IMG/VR virus record: IMGVR_UViG_2788500220_000008
Span: 51,680 to 71,679 of that record
Length of the DNA: 20,000 nt
Direction: 5' to 3' (one strand)
From: an uncultured virus (IMG/VR IMGVR_UViG_2788500220_000008)
Taxonomy: Duplodnaviria > Heunggongvirae > Uroviricota > Caudoviricetes
A model generated the notes under the pieces. That model did not search any database. It saw nothing but the letters and a program-made list of their open reading frames with translations, and was not told where the DNA came from. A program made the translations under genes and the position numbers. Positions 17,228 to 20,000 of the stretch are shown here, in pieces (position 1 is the stretch's first letter; the number at the start of each line of letters is the position of its first letter).

Positions 17228-17416
17228 ATGTCCGTTAATCATATCGCAATCACTCCAGACGAAAACGAAGAAGCCTTGCAAGAGTTCATCGAAAAAGAAG
17301 GTTATAAACTTGTCATCCCCCAACTGGATCTTTACGAATGTGCAGGTGGACACATCTGGCACATCGATGAGATCCTTGACCATATGAATGAATGCTTGAG
17401 GGAAAGTTGCCTATAA
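17228..17416 (+). CDS. Acidic hypothetical protein (62 aa)
   Basis: AAAGGAAAA RBS; follows the previous ORF closely. Confidence 0.7.
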   Translation: MSVNHIAITPDENEEALQEFIEKEGYKLVIPQLDLYECAGGHIWHIDEILDHMNECLRESCL

Positions 17417-17434
17417 AAAAACTTCATAAAAAAC

Positions 17435-17463
17435 TTGCAATCCAAGCAAAAATAGCTTACCTT
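17435..17463 (+). promoter_or_regulatory. Sigma70-type promoter P2 (leaderless)
   Basis: TTGCAA-17 bp-TACCTT-6 nt-ATG 17470. Confidence 0.7.
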
Positions 17464-17469
17464 TAAACC

Positions 17470-17712
17470 ATGGATAAAATAAAAAAACTGAAACAGGAAC
17501 TTCAGCACATCGACTCGCTGATTCCGCACTGGCGTTTCCTCTTTGAGCGGGCAAGGACAATGCCCAAAAAGCACGAGCGGTCACTTGTACTGCTTGAGCT
17601 TTTCGACAGGAGAAAAAAAGTTGCGATGGAAATTGCTGAGTTGCAACTTGCCGAGCACAAGGCTAAGCTGCTTGTTGTTCAAGCTGAAATCGCCCTTGCT
17701 AGGCAAAGATAG
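17470..17712 (+). CDS. Coiled-coil hypothetical protein (80 aa)
   Basis: ATG sits at the predicted +1 of P2. Confidence 0.7.
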   Translation: MDKIKKLKQELQHIDSLIPHWRFLFERARTMPKKHERSLVLLELFDRRKKVAMEIAELQLAEHKAKLLVVQAEIALARQR

Positions 17713-17721
17713 GACAAGGCA

Positions 17722-17790
17722 ATGCTAGAAGCACTTCTAATGATCACATTCGCTCTACTAATACCAATTCTCACCAAGGCTAACTCATGA
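17722..17790 (+). CDS. Hydrophobic micropeptide 1, MLEALLMITFALLIPILTKANS (22 aa)
   Basis: AGGACAAGG upstream; paralog at 18938-19003 with synonymous codon differences; absent from the ORF track. Confidence 0.65.
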   Translation: MLEALLMITFALLIPILTKANS

Positions 17791-17807
17791 ACTGGTAGCT
17801 TAAGTCA

Positions 17808-17874
17808 TAAGTGGCTGACCCACAAGGGGTTACGCCGCGACTGGCGGCATAAGTACTTGGTGTTCAATGAGTTA
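17808..17874. repeat. Phased palindrome array A: 2 x 25-bp units, 42-bp period
   Basis: TAAGTGGCTG-ACCCA-CAAGGGGTTA, 17-bp GC-rich spacer, TAAGTACTTG-GTGTT-CAATGAGTTA. Confidence 0.8.
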
Positions 17875-17885
17875 CGAAAGCTCCG

Positions 17886-17902
17886 TACACATAGCGTGCC
17901 AA
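17886..17902 (-). promoter_or_regulatory. Sigma54-like box facing array A
   Basis: TTGGCACG-CTAT-GTGTA: canonical -24 element, non-canonical -12. Confidence 0.4.
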
Positions 17903-17975
17903 TCTCACCACTTGCACGCAATCTCACCACTTGCACGCAAACACACCACTTGCACGCAAACGCACCACTTGCACC
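17900..17975. repeat. Tandem direct repeat, 4 x 19 bp
   Basis: CAATCTCACCACTTGCACG x2, CAAACACACCACTTGCACG, CAAACGCACCACTTGCACC. Confidence 0.95.
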
Positions 17976-17996
17976 ATTTGTGTTTAACGCAACCAC

Positions 17997-18052
17997 GGGC
18001 AGTAGAATAAGACACAAACAAAAGTAGGATTGTTTTGCCCGTATGGCTTGAC
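17997..18052 (+). repeat. 56-bp promoter-upstream repeat, copy 1
   Basis: 44/56 identical, without gaps, to 19782-19837; ends in TTGAC of the -35 box. Confidence 0.85.
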
Positions 18053-18076
18053 TTTTCGGAAAAACTAGACTAAATT
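18048..18076 (+). promoter_or_regulatory. Sigma70-type promoter P3 (leaderless)
   Basis: TTGACT-17 bp-TAAATT-6 nt-ATG 18083. Confidence 0.75.
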
Positions 18077-18082
18077 ATAGGT

Positions 18083-18262
18083 ATGTTGAAAATAAAAGAT
18101 ATCGTTCGGATGCCCAACGGAAAAGTTGGAGATGTCCAGTCCATTCATGAAGGCAATGCCATCCACCCCGATGGGCTTGCTTGGGTACGCTTCTACCGCT
18201 CACAGCGTGGAGCGTGGTTTCGCGTTAGCGAACTGCGACCGCTAAAATGGCTCAACGACTGA
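18083..18262 (+). CDS. Small beta-rich (KOW/SH3-like) hypothetical protein (59 aa)
   Basis: MLKIKDIVRMPNGKVGDVQSIHEGNAIHPDGLAWVRFYRSQRGAWFRVSELRPLKWLND; begins at +1 of P3; absent from the ORF track. Confidence 0.7.
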   Translation: MLKIKDIVRMPNGKVGDVQSIHEGNAIHPDGLAWVRFYRSQRGAWFRVSELRPLKWLND

Positions 18263-18296
18263 GCCAAAAAAAACTTAAAAAAAAATGGTGAATCGC

Positions 18297-18325
18297 TTGA
18301 CTTTTCCGCAAAACTAAACTAAGTT
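18297..18325 (+). promoter_or_regulatory. Sigma70-type promoter P4 (leaderless)
   Basis: TTGACT-17 bp-TAAGTT-6 nt-ATG 18332; 18295-18334 is 32/40 identical to the P3 region 18046-18085. Confidence 0.75.
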
Positions 18326-18331
18326 TATAGT

Positions 18332-18574
18332 ATGAAACAACAATATAAAGACCTACTGGACAACGACAAGCTTCCCGCTTTCCCTCTTTCCTCGAAGATT
18401 TTCGACTTGGGGCGAGAAGCCGAGTCGGTTGCCCGAGTTGCACAGAAGAGGATTGATGAAGAGGGCGAGCACGCCCAAATCCATTGTTCCAACATTGTCG
18501 AGTGGATGAACGCAATCGCTGAGAACGCTCAAAAAGCTCTCGACTTTCACTTAAACCAAAACGCCAACAAATAG
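18332..18574 (+). CDS. Hypothetical helical protein (80 aa), paralog of 16966-17205
   Basis: ATG at +1 of P4; internal paralogy. Confidence 0.75.
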   Translation: MKQQYKDLLDNDKLPAFPLSSKIFDLGREAESVARVAQKRIDEEGEHAQIHCSNIVEWMNAIAENAQKALDFHLNQNANK

Positions 18575-18586
18575 GAAGGGAAGCAA

Positions 18587-18751
18587 ATGTACATCCTGCA
18601 ATCAATCGCCAACAACGCAAAATCTTTCGCCAATATCAACTGGCGTACCGAGTCCTTGCCAATGCCATTGCGAAAAGCTGAAAGGCTAATGAAGCAACGC
18701 CTTGCCAATGCAAAGGCAACTCGCTACCGCCTCCGCAAAACCAACGCATAA
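18587..18751 (+). CDS. Basic hypothetical protein (54 aa)
   Basis: AGGAAGGG RBS; MYILQSIANNAKSFANINWRTESLPMPLRKAERLMKQRLANAKATRYRLRKTNA; fills the gap between neighbours. Confidence 0.6.
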   Translation: MYILQSIANNAKSFANINWRTESLPMPLRKAERLMKQRLANAKATRYRLRKTNA

Positions 18752-18761
18752 TCTAATCGCC

Positions 18762-18938
18762 ATGATAGCCACAAGAAAAAATCCGAACTTCTCAAACTGG
18801 ATACAAGTGTTTTTCTTCGGACGCCTTGTCGATGAAGTAACAGGAAACGCCAAAGCTTTACGCCTTGCAAATGAGCTTGGGAAAAAGCACAAGCAAACGC
18901 ACATAAACCATCTTGGCGAAGCAGTAAAGGTACGCTAA
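18762..18938 (+). CDS. Hypothetical protein (58 aa)
   Basis: Start MIATRKNP at 18762 avoids overlap with the upstream ORF; stop overlaps the next ATG (TAATG). Confidence 0.65.
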   Translation: MIATRKNPNFSNWIQVFFFGRLVDEVTGNAKALRLANELGKKHKQTHINHLGEAVKVR

Positions 18939-19003
18939 TGCTAGAAGCTACGCTAATGATACTCTTTGCAATTCTAATCCCGTTCTTGACAAAGTTGGCA
19001 TGA
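18938..19003 (+). CDS. Hydrophobic micropeptide 2, MLEATLMILFAILIPFLTKLA (21 aa)
   Basis: TAATG translational coupling; paralog of 17722-17790. Confidence 0.65.
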   Translation: MLEATLMILFAILIPFLTKLA

Positions 19004-19037
19004 ATCCTGTACCCGAGGAATTGGCATGAAATCTGAA
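18995..19037 (+). promoter_or_regulatory. Two tandem sigma54-like boxes facing array B
   Basis: TTGGCATG-AATC-CTGTA (18995-19011) and TTGGCATG-AAAT-CTGAA (19021-19037). Confidence 0.4.
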
Positions 19038-19048
19038 CGCTAGATTCA

Positions 19049-19157
19049 CAAGTCGCTGATAGCCAAGGGGTTAGGCGGCGCAGGGTGTCGTAAGTCATTG
19101 ATACACAGTAGGTTGCACCGCGTAGGGCGTCGTAAGTCGTTGATAATCAACGGGATG
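19049..19157. repeat. Phased palindrome array B: 3 x 25-bp units, 42-bp period
   Basis: Units start at 19049, 19091 and 19133; 17-bp GC-rich spacers; two exact IHF-consensus matches (YAANNNNTTGATW) at 19091-19103 and 19133-19145. Confidence 0.85.
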
Positions 19158-19173
19158 CCCGTCTGAGTGCGCT

Positions 19174-19260
19174 GTTATTTGGCGTTATTTGGCGCGGAGT
19201 TCACCAGTGTCCACTGCTGTCCACTGCTGTCCACTGCTGTCCCTAGTAGTCCGCCTACTA
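19174..19260. repeat. Cluster of 10-bp tandem repeats and a small inverted repeat
   Basis: GTTATTTGGC x2 (19174-19193), CCACTGCTGT x3 (19211-19240), TAGTAG-TCCGC-CTACTA (19244-19260). Confidence 0.85.
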
Positions 19261-19305
19261 CCACCTAGTAGCCTAACTATAATCTAAAAAAAAGAAAAAT
19301 AAAAC

Positions 19306-19334
19306 TTGCTTTATAGGCCCGCACACTGTAGCTT
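19306..19334 (+). promoter_or_regulatory. Sigma70-type promoter P5 (leaderless)
   Basis: A-tract, then TTGCTT-17 bp-TAGCTT-6 nt-ATG 19341. Confidence 0.7.
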
Positions 19335-19340
19335 GTACTT

Positions 19341-19670
19341 ATGGAAATTGAAAATGATTCTCTCGCCCGCCTTGCTCACGCCCACGGCATGACCGACCTC
19401 GAATTCGAGGAACGGGAAGCTGTGCTTGCTGACATTGCCCAGCAGCAGGTCATCCGTCGCAGAATGGAGGAGGAGGCCCGCCGTGACGAGTGGTGCGAAG
19501 GTGCGGGGATTCCGTCTATCGACGAGTTCCCTCCTTTGTCCGCTGAGGATTTGGCCGCCATTGAACGCGATGAGGCCGAGGTTGCTCGTCGTGTGGCTGA
19601 GGCCCGCGAGCGTGAGGCCAACACTGACTTCTCAATACTCACTGACGAGGAGATGGGCGGAGACTGGTAG
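19341..19670 (+). CDS. Highly acidic hypothetical protein (109 aa)
   Basis: 31 Asp/Glu, 12 Arg, no Lys; ATG at +1 of P5. Confidence 0.75.
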   Translation: MEIENDSLARLAHAHGMTDLEFEEREAVLADIAQQQVIRRRMEEEARRDEWCEGAGIPSIDEFPPLSAEDLAAIERDEAEVARRVAEAREREANTDFSILTDEEMGGDW

Positions 19671-19673
19671 ACG

Positions 19674-19740
19674 TAAGTCCTTGGCCCACAGGGGGTTACG
19701 GCCCCCTGCGCGGCATAAGTACCTGATATGCAGCAACTTA
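19674..19740. repeat. Phased palindrome array C: 2 x 25-bp units, 42-bp period
   Basis: TAAGTCCTTG-GCCCA-CAGGGGGTTA, 17-bp spacer, TAAGTACCTG-ATATG-CAGCAACTTA; followed by a near-identical copy of the 26-bp tail that follows array A. Confidence 0.85.
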
Positions 19741-19751
19741 TGAAAGCTCCG

Positions 19752-19768
19752 TACAGATAGCGTGCCAG
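19752..19768 (-). promoter_or_regulatory. Sigma54-like box facing array C
   Basis: CTGGCACG-CTAT-CTGTA. Confidence 0.4.
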
Positions 19769-19781
19769 TTTGCTTGGAGAG

Positions 19782-19837
19782 GGGCAGTAGAATAGTGCAA
19801 GAAAAAAAGTAGAATTGTTTTGCCCAATCGGTTTGAC
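19782..19837 (+). repeat. 56-bp promoter-upstream repeat, copy 2
   Basis: 44/56 identical to 17997-18052. Confidence 0.85.
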
Positions 19838-19861
19838 AAATCGGGTTTTTGGGCTTATGTT
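19833..19861 (+). promoter_or_regulatory. Sigma70-type promoter P6
   Basis: TTGACA-17 bp-TATGTT; leader ATAACAAATTAAAAAAGGAAAA resembles the P1 leader. Confidence 0.8.
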
Positions 19862-19891
19862 GTAAGTATAACAAATTAAAAAAGGAAAAAA

Positions 19892-20000
19892 ATGATTGAA
19901 GTAAGTTACATTCTCCACAACCTAGACAAAAACGGCAAACGCCTTGAAACGCAAAACTTTCTCCGCAAGTGCATAGTGGAAAAGGTAGAATCCATTTTCG
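19892..20000 (+). CDS. Hypothetical protein, truncated by the window end
   Basis: AAAGGAAAA RBS; MIEVSYILHNLDKNGKRLETQNFLRKCIVEKVESIF... Confidence 0.65.
   Translation, partial: MIEVSYILHNLDKNGKRLETQNFLRKCIVEKVESIF

Noticed and set aside
17808..19740. Palindrome arrays as a canonical CRISPR array
   Set aside because: Repeats are highly degenerate, spacers are only 17 bp, there are 2-3 units per locus and no cas gene is present; kept as an unexplained repeat system
17808..19740. Arrays as integron attC sites or intrinsic terminators
   Set aside because: No RYYYAAC/GTTRRRY core boxes with the required long pairing, no U-tracts, and most units have internal mismatches that weaken hairpins
16629..19918. 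Minus-strand ORFs in the early region (e.g. 16629-16874, 17805-18017, 18252-18620, 18724-19098, 19376-19918)
   Set aside because: They are antisense to promoter-supported plus-strand genes or run through non-coding repeats
16600..20000. tRNA genes in the intergenic regions
   Set aside because: No cloverleaf or T-loop (GTTCRA) context recognised by eye

Overview
This window is part of a large tailed dsDNA bacteriophage genome (Caudoviricetes). The host cannot be determined from the sequence. Scattered N bases suggest a metagenomic consensus. 1-13.7 kb is a minus-strand morphogenesis region. In transcription order it holds three membrane genes (holin-like, lipoprotein/EF-hand, TM-GAF), a zinc-ribbon protein, a phage sigma factor, a hypothetical, a ZnF-ERCC4 nuclease, a TylF-type methyltransferase, large terminase, portal, prohead protease/scaffold, decoration protein, major capsid protein and head-completion candidates. 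13.7-15.6 kb is a plus-strand glycan-modification operon (GT29-like, GT8-like, sulfotransferase-like), followed by phoH on the minus strand. A GTGTA-(A/T-rich) motif precedes six genes and is a candidate late promoter. 16.4-20 kb is a plus-strand early/accessory region with six sigma70-type promoters (four apparently leaderless), short ORFs, and two paralogous gene pairs. It also holds the most unusual feature: three non-coding elements made of 25-bp pseudo-palindromes at an exact 42-bp period, each with a sigma54-like TGGCAYG box at a fixed distance. All calls come from manual motif reading; no database searches were run.
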